Source: a virus (lineage: Duplodnaviria > Caudoviricetes). Taken from it: DNA of 55,558 bases. This document shows, one piece after another, positions 38,240 to 47,127 of the stretch. The notes under the pieces are model-generated. The model was not told the origin of the DNA and searched no databases. It saw nothing but the letters and a program-made list of their open reading frames with translations. The stretch spans positions 1 through 55,558 of the IMG/VR virus record IMGVR_UViG_3300021492_000002; one strand, 5' to 3'. Each line of letters opens with the position of its first letter. Position 1 is the first letter of the stretch. Both the position numbers and the translations under genes were made by a program.

Positions 38240-40581
38240 ACTACTGGTTCCGATAATTCAAACATCTCCGTTGTTGCACGGCGGAGCTTATAATGGAGAA
38301 CCTCTGAGAATCCTGATATCTTATTTTTTCTAACATAAACCTCAACAATGGGATTGATTAATAATTGCGTCCCCGATGCCAATATAAATGGATCTCGTTC
38401 TTCCCAGATGTATTCCTCTGGAGTTGCATCTAATTGTTTAGCAAATCTACTGTCAATGTGTAAGTTAATATCGGGTTCGAAGCCGGCCTTCCTCGTATCA
38501 GAAAAGTCTGATAAATCCCCATGTTTTTCCTTACGTAGCTCTGCTGTTGCAAATACAGGTACATTGTAAAACATGCTCATTGCTTTAACGGATTTGTAAA
38601 TATTTGACATTCGTATGTATTCATTGTCTCCTAATCCGCCTAGGTTATTGATAGAATCTATAAAGACAATAGGATATTGTCCTTCTGCTAGCACCTGTTC
38701 TATTAACCTGGAAAGGAATTCAACCGTATTGCCATCGCTTACATCTGTAATAATGATACGGGATGCCATGTTATTCTCAAAGAAGGCGAGGGCTTCCTCG
38801 ATTCTTTCAACAGCTTCAAGGGCAAAAGCTGAGCGCTTTCTTCTAAGCTTTGCATAGTGTCTGATGTGGTAAATAGGCACAGACGAAAGAATACCAAGTA
38901 GGTTCAGGTATACTCGTTTCCGCGAGTCATCGGTTGTATGATAAATTACCGTTGCATCAGGATTGTTTTTGAGTAACTGAATCATAAGATTCCTGATTAA
39001 TGAACTCTTTCCCACATGAGGATCACCACCTATAACTGTAAATGATTGTTCCTTACCGATACCATCGAATTGTAATTTAGCAAACTTCGGCCAGTCAATT
39101 TTAAAGTATTCAACTTTCTTAGGGTTTAGGAGGGTTGACTTAAAATCATCGAAGTCTTTAAGTACTGATTGTACGAGCGATTTCAATTCAGCATGATATG
39201 ACTTTTCTATTTCTTCAATTTGTTGAGCAGCATCCTTAAGCGCGGCCACACGCACTTTATTACTATCCCCATATTTTATTACATTAGCTAAATTAAACAA
39301 TAAGCGTTCGACTCGTTTATCACGTTCAACTAATGCTTGAAGCCGCCGCTTCTTTATCTCCTCCTGTAATTCCTCAATTGATATATCAACCTCTGCTGAA
39401 AGAAACTTAATCCATTTAATCCGTTCAGAGGCTTGTTCTATGGTTGCAATGAAATCTAATATGTCATCAAGCTTACCTTTATACTGATCAAATAGATAGC
39501 GATAAACAGGGATATTTATCGATGCTTCCTTTATTTCGCGCTTCCACCCTCTCTTACCTGCTATATTGAAAAGATATTCATCAGGATCCTTATAGTTCTT
39601 TGCGTGTCCATATGACCAGTCGAATATGTAAAGTGTGCCATAGAGAGGGTAGATGCGCTGAACAATGCTTGGTGTTGCTTTCCTGCCTGCATCATCATTA
39701 TCAAGCATTAATACGACGCGCTCAAAATCTAACTGTTTAAGAAGGCTAACCCGGGTATCATTCAAATGTAGTCCCATTAATGCAACAGCTGGTAAGCCGG
39801 CATATTCGAGTGTAATCACATCAGCTGGCCCTTCAACAATATAGAGGACGGGTTTTGTCTCACGATTTGCAACATTATGGATATTAAAGAGCGTGCTTGA
39901 TGGGTTGAAGTGCTTACCTTTTGAGGTTAATAAATATTTAGGAGTTTCACCATCTGGTTGCCGTACAGCAAATCCAACGATATGGGATTTTATGTCCCGT
40001 AAGACAAATAATATATTCCCGCGCTTGAAAAACTTACTATACTGTGTATCAAATATGTCCTGTATGGTTTTTAATTCCTTATCGGTGAATGTTTTTTGGA
40101 TGTATGACATAAATATATTTTTATCAGGAATAGCATATACATCAAGATCTGTCAGATATTTGAGCTCACACCATTTTCTACGAGATAGGATGGCGCGGGC
40201 TTCCTCTGTGAATCTCAGATCACGTAGAACCGAGACAAGCTTATCAAGCAGATAATCTATCGTATTTTCCTTGCGCTTGTATGTAGATATGTCAATTCCT
40301 AGGAACCGTTTCGCAAGTTCCCTTACAGTCGTTGTAATGAATTCAGGTCCGCTTATTGGCATGCCCTCCATAATATGTGCCAACTTAAATACGTCAAAGT
40401 ATTCGCCACAACGGAAGCAATAACCTCCTGTATGGTCAGCATTCATGTACCCCGATAGATCACGATCGTTATGAGCATGTTCTTTATATCTTGGGCATTG
40501 GAAGGCACGCCCCTTAACTGTTAATCCAAGAGAGCGAAGGTATTCAGGAAAGAATTGCTTAAGCTTTTCCTTTAGATCCAT
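38236..40581 (-). CDS. DNA primase-helicase fusion (Zn finger + DnaG TOPRIM + DnaB-like SF4 helicase)
   Basis: CP...H.D...CFRC zinc domain, PKYL, IVEGPADV, LDNDDAG, KDPDE, Walker A GDPHVGKS, VFIDSIN. Confidence 0.92.
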   Translation of the reverse strand: MDLKEKLKQFFPEYLRSLGLTVKGRAFQCPRYKEHAHNDRDLSGYMNADHTGGYCFRCGEYFDVFKLAHIMEGMPISGPEFITTTVRELAKRFLGIDISTYKRKENTIDYLLDKLVSVLRDLRFTEEARAILSRRKWCELKYLTDLDVYAIPDKNIFMSYIQKTFTDKELKTIQDIFDTQYSKFFKRGNILFVLRDIKSHIVGFAVRQPDGETPKYLLTSKGKHFNPSSTLFNIHNVANRETKPVLYIVEGPADVITLEYAGLPAVALMGLHLNDTRVSLLKQLDFERVVLMLDNDDAGRKATPSIVQRIYPLYGTLYIFDWSYGHAKNYKDPDEYLFNIAGKRGWKREIKEASINIPVYRYLFDQYKGKLDDILDFIATIEQASERIKWIKFLSAEVDISIEELQEEIKKRRLQALVERDKRVERLLFNLANVIKYGDSNKVRVAALKDAAQQIEEIEKSYHAELKSLVQSVLKDFDDFKSTLLNPKKVEYFKIDWPKFAKLQFDGIGKEQSFTVIGGDPHVGKSSLIRNLMIQLLKNNPDATVIYHTTDDSRKRVYLNLLGILSSVPIYHIRHYAKLRRKRSAFALEAVERIEEALAFFENNMASRIIITDVSDGNTVEFLSRLIEQVLAEGQYPIVFIDSINNLGGLGDNEYIRMSNIYKSVKAMSMFYNVPVFATAELRKEKHGDLSDFSDTRKAGFEPDINLHIDSRFAKQLDATPEEYIWEERDPFILASGTQLLINPIVEVYVRKNKISGFSEVLHYKLRRATTEMFELSEPVV

Positions 40582-40594
40582 ACCTCTTTTCTCC

Positions 40595-40622
40595 TTGACA
40601 AAGGACTAACACTCAATATATT
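40595..40622 (+). promoter_or_regulatory. Rightward promoter TTGACA-N16-TATATT
   Basis: TTGACA at 40595-40600 and TATATT at 40617-40622 in the divergent intergenic gap. Confidence 0.65.
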
Positions 40623-40630
40623 CTATCAAT

Positions 40631-40658
40631 AATATAGGTTAAGAAGGCTTTTTGTCAA
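40631..40658 (-). promoter_or_regulatory. Leftward promoter TTGACA-N16-TATATT
   Basis: Plus strand AATATA at 40631-40636 and TGTCAA at 40653-40658. Points into the primase-helicase operon. Confidence 0.65.
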
Positions 40659-40678
40659 GTGAAAAGAGAGGGGAGCAC

Positions 40679-41608
40679 ATGTTAATGGAATTAATCGATC
40701 GCTTCTTAGTTGAAGAAGCTGTTAAAGATGTTTATAAGCGTGATCCTAATCGTGTGCGTCCTACTGAAGCATCAGTGAAGATTGATGGTATCGTATATGG
40801 TTCATGTTTAAGATCTTCATGGTATTCATTGAAGCATTTTAAGCCGCGCCCTCCTGATGCACGTGCCCTTCGTGTAATGGAGGTTGGTAAAGCTCTAGAA
40901 CAATTAGAAGCGGAGCGATGTAGGCGGATGGGTATTCTGGTTGAGAAACCATTGGATTTTAAGGTACCGAATCCACTAGAACCAAATCAAATTATAAGCG
41001 GCCGTAAGGATTTTTATGTGCATGTTGATGGGCATGATTATGTAGTAGAATACAAAACTGGCTCTGGGTACCCCTTTGAGAAGAATGTTATTAAGGGGGG
41101 TAAGTCAACAATTGATCATGTACTACAGATATCACTATACCTTCATTTCGGAGACATAAAGCGCGGGCTTCTTGTATACCTTGATAGAGGCTATTCGCAC
41201 TATAAGGAATTTCTTATCTATGTTGATAATGATGGTCACATATATCAAAACAATAAGGGCATCGGTATCAAGGTCGATGATATTCTAATGCGTTATAAAG
41301 AGCTTTATCAGTATGTTACTAAAGGTATATTACCACCGAGGGATTATATTCCCTTCTATACTTATGATATGGCAACAGCTGTTAAAGAAGGACTTCAACA
41401 TGGACGGATCTCGAAATCAATGGTTACTAAATGGGAGAAGGGGAAGGCGCCGCTTATGGATTGGCACTGTCGTTATTGCCCGTTCATTCAGTATTGCATC
41501 TTCGATGTAAAGAATCAGGAGGAAGCGGATGAGAAAATTACTGGTTATAATATCGATAATTTTATTTTTGAATATTATCGTTCCTTCCTTAGCCAGCGCA
41601 AGCGTTAG
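40679..41608 (+). CDS. Cas4-like PD-(D/E)xK exonuclease
   Basis: SCLRSSWY, ISGRKD, VVEYKT, QISLY, C-terminal CRYCPFIQYC (4-Cys Fe-S). GGGGAG RBS before ATG 40679. Confidence 0.85.
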   Translation: MLMELIDRFLVEEAVKDVYKRDPNRVRPTEASVKIDGIVYGSCLRSSWYSLKHFKPRPPDARALRVMEVGKALEQLEAERCRRMGILVEKPLDFKVPNPLEPNQIISGRKDFYVHVDGHDYVVEYKTGSGYPFEKNVIKGGKSTIDHVLQISLYLHFGDIKRGLLVYLDRGYSHYKEFLIYVDNDGHIYQNNKGIGIKVDDILMRYKELYQYVTKGILPPRDYIPFYTYDMATAVKEGLQHGRISKSMVTKWEKGKAPLMDWHCRYCPFIQYCIFDVKNQEEADEKITGYNIDNFIFEYYRSFLSQRKR

Positions 41609-42908
41609 CTGTTATCTTAATAGAATATGGTACAATACAGCTGACGGACACCATTACATGGAATTGTTCATTGTTACGTTTGACGACACACCCTTTTGCA
41701 TTTATGATACTCTACATAATCTATATTATGATCCTACAAACTTTAAATGGCAATCAGATCGATATGATTGTCGCTTTACAGCAGCATTATATGAAATAAA
41801 GATGGTTCCGGGAACCCGGTATACGATTGCAATTGTTGACACAGACTCATTACATACAATATTAAGTGATTGCATTTTTGATACCTTTGGTGGTGTTTTG
41901 GATACATCACCTGTTTACCATGTTGCTGATTCACATCTAGTTAGATATTCCTTAAAGGTGGGGCGTTCGATATTTGTGTATGACTCAGCGCAGGTTAATA
42001 ACATTGGAACGTGCCCTGTACCTTTTGATACTGTTTTTGCCAAAGCATTTATGATTAAGAATGCTGATGGGACATGTACAATGCTCAGGCCTAGCAGAAG
42101 CAGTAAGTTCAGCTCTGTTTTTGCGGGCTTATATTATGATGGCTGGATATGTGGCCGCTGCTATAAATTTATTGTACCTTATGATAGTGTTGAATTTCTC
42201 GGTGTTGGATTCTCCGCAAGAACACGTACAGATCCACCGCCTGATGCTATTGAAGCTGAGCAGATGAAAATTGTAATAAATAATGCGGATACGATTTATA
42301 TTTCCATACCAGGCCCAGCCTTCATGCATAATTTTTTTGATTCAACAATCATGTTACATGAGGATGATACAATTGAGATATGCTTTTGCACACCACCAAA
42401 TAGTAATGCTGACTGTCATTATCGAGATGCACAAGTACTATTATTTGGGAATATTTATGGTTATGCATCAGTTATAAGGACTGAAATGTTTTTCATTGCA
42501 TCAGGGATACCTGATTTGGAGTTCAATCCCATGATGTTTACTACAGATCCAATGGGTGCGGGGCCTCTTGTAATAACAATGCGCTGGATTAAATCATACT
42601 ATGATGCAATGGGAGATTATCCAACTTATAATAGTTTGTACAATATCATAAGCTTTTTATATAGGTTATCACCAGAGGAATTCGATCTAAAAATAATGTT
42701 CTCAAGACATTTGCTTACCAATAATACGAAACAGCTTCATACATATGGGATGATTCCATCAACTATTATGTATGGTTCATTAGATGATGATTATGATCTT
42801 TATGTATCTGGTGATGAATATATAAGACCATATGTCCCCGTTATCATAGCGCCAAAGGTTAATGCTACTAGGCCACTGATGGCAACATTATTTATAGGAT
42901 TCCGATGA
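41529..42908 (+). CDS. Secreted Cys-rich hypothetical protein
   Basis: Signal peptide MRKLLVIISIILFLNIIVPSLA and GGAGG RBS. Many Cys and D(S/T)x. Confidence 0.7.
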   Translation: MRKLLVIISIILFLNIIVPSLASASVSCYLNRIWYNTADGHHYMELFIVTFDDTPFCIYDTLHNLYYDPTNFKWQSDRYDCRFTAALYEIKMVPGTRYTIAIVDTDSLHTILSDCIFDTFGGVLDTSPVYHVADSHLVRYSLKVGRSIFVYDSAQVNNIGTCPVPFDTVFAKAFMIKNADGTCTMLRPSRSSKFSSVFAGLYYDGWICGRCYKFIVPYDSVEFLGVGFSARTRTDPPPDAIEAEQMKIVINNADTIYISIPGPAFMHNFFDSTIMLHEDDTIEICFCTPPNSNADCHYRDAQVLLFGNIYGYASVIRTEMFFIASGIPDLEFNPMMFTTDPMGAGPLVITMRWIKSYYDAMGDYPTYNSLYNIISFLYRLSPEEFDLKIMFSRHLLTNNTKQLHTYGMIPSTIMYGSLDDDYDLYVSGDEYIRPYVPVIIAPKVNATRPLMATLFIGFR

Positions 42909-43312
42909 AAAAGATTGTTTTTATAATATTGTTAATATGTATAATAGCTTCACCTGCTGATATTAAGGTTTTTATTGATGCTATTGTTGATACCACATAT
43001 GGTGTTAATGGCTATAAATGGTGGGTCTTTTATAAGTTTGGTGACAGCACATATTTTGTAACCGATTGGGCACAGCCAATAAAGCAGTCAAAGATAAGTA
43101 ATGACACTCTTACCATATTTATCCCATTCTATGTATTCTTTGAAAATGATAGTTGCATAAGGCAGGTTGCTCTCTATCCTGTTCCTGGTACTGGTATGAG
43201 TTTGCATGTAAGAATAAGGGAGAAGACAGGAGTCGTAAAGAATTCATGTCTAAATATAGACTTTACATATTCATCCTACTTGCGTGGTGGTGTTTGGTAT
43301 CTCAAGCCATAG
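42905..43312 (+). CDS. Secreted hypothetical protein
   Basis: Signal peptide MKKIVFIILLICIIASPA and ATGA coupling. Confidence 0.65.
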   Translation: MKKIVFIILLICIIASPADIKVFIDAIVDTTYGVNGYKWWVFYKFGDSTYFVTDWAQPIKQSKISNDTLTIFIPFYVFFENDSCIRQVALYPVPGTGMSLHVRIREKTGVVKNSCLNIDFTYSSYLRGGVWYLKP

Positions 43313-44238
43313 GGCAGACTGTTATATCGGACAGTGCGGAGAATTGGTATAAGTATCGTGTTTCCAGTATTTATTGTTACGGAGGCTGGGAGTCGCCGGC
43401 CTCTGTTATAAACTACATTGGTCTGTGCAGCATACCATTTGATTCAATCTTTGCCTATGTATATATGGTATCAACAGATTCAGGTTGTTTTCCTATTTTG
43501 ATATTAAAAAGGCAGCGTGTTTGGTTGGGGTTTCGCTACATAGATGGGAAGGAGAACTGTAATTACAATCTATGTGTGAAGGGGGAGGATAGCTTATTAA
43601 TTGAAGTTATCTCAAGGGTTAATGATACTGTATGTCTTAACGACACCTGCATGGTAACCCCATTTGTGTATCACTATGTTAAAACTGATACGGCGGAAAC
43701 GCTTATTAATATTTGTACTAATGGTTCTAATGATGTGGTTATCAATGTTTATGGTGATGCTGTTTATTATGAAGCCCGCACCTATCCATTTTTTAATGTC
43801 TTAAGAGATCACGCTCTCTTTCCTATAACATTGTCATGGATTGAGTGGGTTAGCAAGTTGTTACATAGTGATTCATTAAACGTACGCAGTTTTTTAGATA
43901 TTTACTTTACATCAGAGGTTATGGGATATCCTGTTTTACCAGAGGAATATAAGTATGCGCTGGTTTATACTGATAGTATAAATTATAGTTATGGACCCCC
44001 ACGTTGTCCTGTCACTGATGAATGTTATATCGATTATGGTTATTTGTTTAGATGGGGTAAGAATAGTTATCTAAGTGGCTGGCTTACATACTTCAATCCT
44101 TATGAACATTCTGGTATCAAAGACACAACAATCAAGGAAGGGGTTTATTGGTTCACAACAAGAAGGAAGATAAATGGCACGAATACATTTTATAAAGGTT
44201 ACATTCATCCTACTATTCCTTGGTCTTTCTATCATTAA
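43246..44238 (+). CDS. Secreted Cys-rich hypothetical protein
   Basis: Start moved to ATG 43246, giving signal peptide MSKYRLYIFILLAWWCLVSQAIG. 'IGLCSIPFDSIFA' resembles 'IGTCPVPFDTVFA' in the 41529 product. Confidence 0.65.
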   Translation: MSKYRLYIFILLAWWCLVSQAIGQTVISDSAENWYKYRVSSIYCYGGWESPASVINYIGLCSIPFDSIFAYVYMVSTDSGCFPILILKRQRVWLGFRYIDGKENCNYNLCVKGEDSLLIEVISRVNDTVCLNDTCMVTPFVYHYVKTDTAETLINICTNGSNDVVINVYGDAVYYEARTYPFFNVLRDHALFPITLSWIEWVSKLLHSDSLNVRSFLDIYFTSEVMGYPVLPEEYKYALVYTDSINYSYGPPRCPVTDECYIDYGYLFRWGKNSYLSGWLTYFNPYEHSGIKDTTIKEGVYWFTTRRKINGTNTFYKGYIHPTIPWSFYH

Positions 44239-44668
44239 TGCTCAGTGTGTTCAGCAGGTTAATGCTGTTTCCAGAAGCGACGGCTTCCCTGATATATTAC
44301 TGTACATCAATGGTCTTTATGACCGTTCATATGCAATAAAAGTCGAATATGTCATGTGTGATTCTATTGATACCCTTATCTATCGCGGTAGTGGGGCTTG
44401 TTTATTAATCGGTAGTGAGCACATATTTATCTTTAATGATATTAATATCGCACATATAAGAGTCCCTGTTTTGCCTGGGCATGACTATGATTTATATATA
44501 TCTGCATTAGGTATAACAACATCGGGAAGTGATACAACAATAAGATATCACTTTTATTATGAGATAGAAAATGTGGAGGAATGGATATGCAAAGAATTAT
44601 TAATAGATACAGTAGTTGTCGATACATTGGATACATTTCCATCCTTTCCATCCTCATCAGTGTATTGA
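44174..44668 (+). CDS. Secreted hypothetical protein
   Basis: Signal peptide MARIHFIKVTFILLFLGLSIINA. FN3-like 'VLPGHDYDLYISA'. Confidence 0.6.
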   Translation: MARIHFIKVTFILLFLGLSIINAQCVQQVNAVSRSDGFPDILLYINGLYDRSYAIKVEYVMCDSIDTLIYRGSGACLLIGSEHIFIFNDINIAHIRVPVLPGHDYDLYISALGITTSGSDTTIRYHFYYEIENVEEWICKELLIDTVVVDTLDTFPSFPSSSVY

Positions 44669-47127
44669 TCAATGTTTCATTAGCTGATCCTATAGTATGT
44701 GGGACTGAGTCTAATAGTAAGTATGAGGATGTTGATAGTATGGATTTGATTTACATCATTAAAGGAGATACAAATCATGCACAGATAGGACGGTGCGAAG
44801 ATTCATATTTTAAGGCTATTTATTCAAAGGCTTTTTATCTTGTAACAGATACAGGTTGTATCCCCGTTCAGGGTGCTGGAGGTTCGCCTCTTGAATGTGA
44901 TAGTTGTAAATTTTTCTCTACATTCTGGAATATGTTCATCCATACCAATGGCGAGACATTATATGCGGAGCAACCACACTTCAGGGAAAGTGATGATGGG
45001 GACACATTTATCTTTTATGATGCTTATTCTTCTCTATCACCAGGTAACAGGATGTTATGGATCAACGTCGAAGATATTTCACCTGATACGATAAGGATTA
45101 GTACTGACCAAAATAATAAGATCCTTAGTATTGGTAAATTTAAAGAATTGTTATTATGTGATCCATCTCTTGGGGCAACTAATTTAAGGGTTGATACGAT
45201 TTTGTCATGTAATGATAATCTAGTAGTAAGCCCACCAGTTCTTTTTATGGATTCTACAACGCTTGTAAATGGCGATATACATTGGAATGAGTTGGATTCC
45301 ATCATCCAGTATCGTATCGATGAACCCCTTGATAGTATCGGTATCAGATATCTATGGATGTCTGGTGGAGAGCAATGTACACTTGACTTGATGATAAAAA
45401 ATACTCCTATATTATTCCAGTTCCTAAATAGCTATATTAATGTTGTTGTTGGTGATAGTGAAATGACGCCTAAAGATTTTGCAGAAGATTTTTGTCCTAT
45501 TGAATGCACTAGTGCTAACCATTATAATGCTTGCCTTGCGGATACTGACACATTGATAATTTTTAGGATTGATCCGGGAGCTGCTGGCACAATAGCTGTT
45601 GATCAGATTATTGTGCACTATGAAGCCGACACACTATTTTCACATGATACAACGGATGATACACTAATCCTTAATGATGGTACAACAGAGCATATCTATG
45701 TGCCTGTACCAACAGCAGGTAATGTTGGTTACAATTTGGTTGTTGGTGATACATGTAATTGGGGTAACCCCATAGGATTACATTCAGGTGGTGGCAGTAC
45801 AGACACATTAATATTTAGAGTAGGGCGCGGGCTTCGTGTTTATAATGATAAATTAGAATTATATTTAGATACAGAAAACCCTGGCTTAGAATTTAACGCT
45901 ACTGAAGATGAGTGTACGCTTTATACGTTAAGGGTAGCTAATATTGATTCAACACACATAGCAGATAGTTCCATATCATGGGTTGATCTCAGCATTGCTG
46001 TAATGGAGAGCATAAGGACCGGTAGATTGCGGGTGTTGTGGGATCCAATGAATCAAGCACTTAGTTGTACTGATGATTTGACCGATACTGTTTCCCATGT
46101 AAGGACAGTGAGACTGATACCTCCTATACAGGCTCAATCAATAGGTGATACAGGGATATGTATCTATTTGGATTCTGTTGCTATAGGCCAAACATGTGGA
46201 TGTAATGCTATCGAGCCTCTTTACAAAGAGGGAAGAGCTATAGGATTACATGCTGATACATCACTCTTTACTGTTAGTGGTGGTTATCTAACGTTGAAAC
46301 ATCCTTTCATCTCTAAAGTATTTTTCAATTATAAATCAACATCCTGTGTTGATACAGGTGATAGCAGTCCTAAAGGATCTAAAATGTATGATTATTTGGT
46401 TATTAATGTTGAGGAACCATTAGTTGCAGTAGGCAGCACCCCTGTTGATACCCTTGATACAACCAAGATACAACTTTCACTAGCATATGATGAAGATCTA
46501 TTCACCATTGACACAACAGCACCTGATACATGCCAGCTTACCATAAGGGATAGGAGCATAACATGGAGATACATTGACACAAGTGTTGCTGATACCATAT
46601 GTAACCGTTGCGGGGGCGGGGCTTCACTTTCGGGATGGGATACAATACAGATGTTTCCTCAGTACAGCAATTGTATTGTCCTTAATAGTACATCCTCTGA
46701 TGGTGTATTAGACGTAATGATTGATCCTGATAATGATATGGACATGCCTGTATATAGATGGCGATCTAACTATAATAGCTCTTTCCAGACGATTATTTTA
46801 CATGTAGTACAACCATTGATTGCCACAGACTCAACATTGGATACGATTAAAATATTATTCAGATATAGGAGACCGAGCATTCATGCGGACATAAAGCTTG
46901 ATTATAGGCTACTGGACAGTACACGCAGCACAATAGCTAGTGGTTCCAATATTACAATTGTTGGGTCTCCATTTCCTACAGGTCCTCCCAAAACACATAC
47001 ATATAAAATAACATGTGATGATATAAATATAACAAGATATATCCAACTTGACATAAAGATGAGGAGTAAATATGGTGCGCCGATTTATCTGGGCGACATT
47101 AGTATTATTTATAAGCGCCGCTATTAA
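44581..47127 (+). CDS. Large secreted Cys/Asp/Thr-rich fibre-like protein (848 aa)
   Basis: N-terminal hydrophobic segment ending VSLA. Fibre-like motifs 'IDSTHIADSSISWVDL' and 'IRDRSITWRYID'. 'IGRCEDSYFKAIYSKAF' is related to motifs in the neighbouring genes. Confidence 0.7.
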   Translation: MDMQRIINRYSSCRYIGYISILSILISVLINVSLADPIVCGTESNSKYEDVDSMDLIYIIKGDTNHAQIGRCEDSYFKAIYSKAFYLVTDTGCIPVQGAGGSPLECDSCKFFSTFWNMFIHTNGETLYAEQPHFRESDDGDTFIFYDAYSSLSPGNRMLWINVEDISPDTIRISTDQNNKILSIGKFKELLLCDPSLGATNLRVDTILSCNDNLVVSPPVLFMDSTTLVNGDIHWNELDSIIQYRIDEPLDSIGIRYLWMSGGEQCTLDLMIKNTPILFQFLNSYINVVVGDSEMTPKDFAEDFCPIECTSANHYNACLADTDTLIIFRIDPGAAGTIAVDQIIVHYEADTLFSHDTTDDTLILNDGTTEHIYVPVPTAGNVGYNLVVGDTCNWGNPIGLHSGGGSTDTLIFRVGRGLRVYNDKLELYLDTENPGLEFNATEDECTLYTLRVANIDSTHIADSSISWVDLSIAVMESIRTGRLRVLWDPMNQALSCTDDLTDTVSHVRTVRLIPPIQAQSIGDTGICIYLDSVAIGQTCGCNAIEPLYKEGRAIGLHADTSLFTVSGGYLTLKHPFISKVFFNYKSTSCVDTGDSSPKGSKMYDYLVINVEEPLVAVGSTPVDTLDTTKIQLSLAYDEDLFTIDTTAPDTCQLTIRDRSITWRYIDTSVADTICNRCGGGASLSGWDTIQMFPQYSNCIVLNSTSSDGVLDVMIDPDNDMDMPVYRWRSNYNSSFQTIILHVVQPLIATDSTLDTIKILFRYRRPSIHADIKLDYRLLDSTRSTIASGSNITIVGSPFPTGPPKTHTYKITCDDINITRYIQLDIKMRSKYGAPIYLGDISIIYKRRY

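Noticed and set aside
40679-41608. Cas4-like gene as evidence of a CRISPR-Cas locus
   Set aside because: No repeat-spacer array and no cas1, cas2 or effector genes. Solo Cas4-like nucleases are common in viral replication modules.
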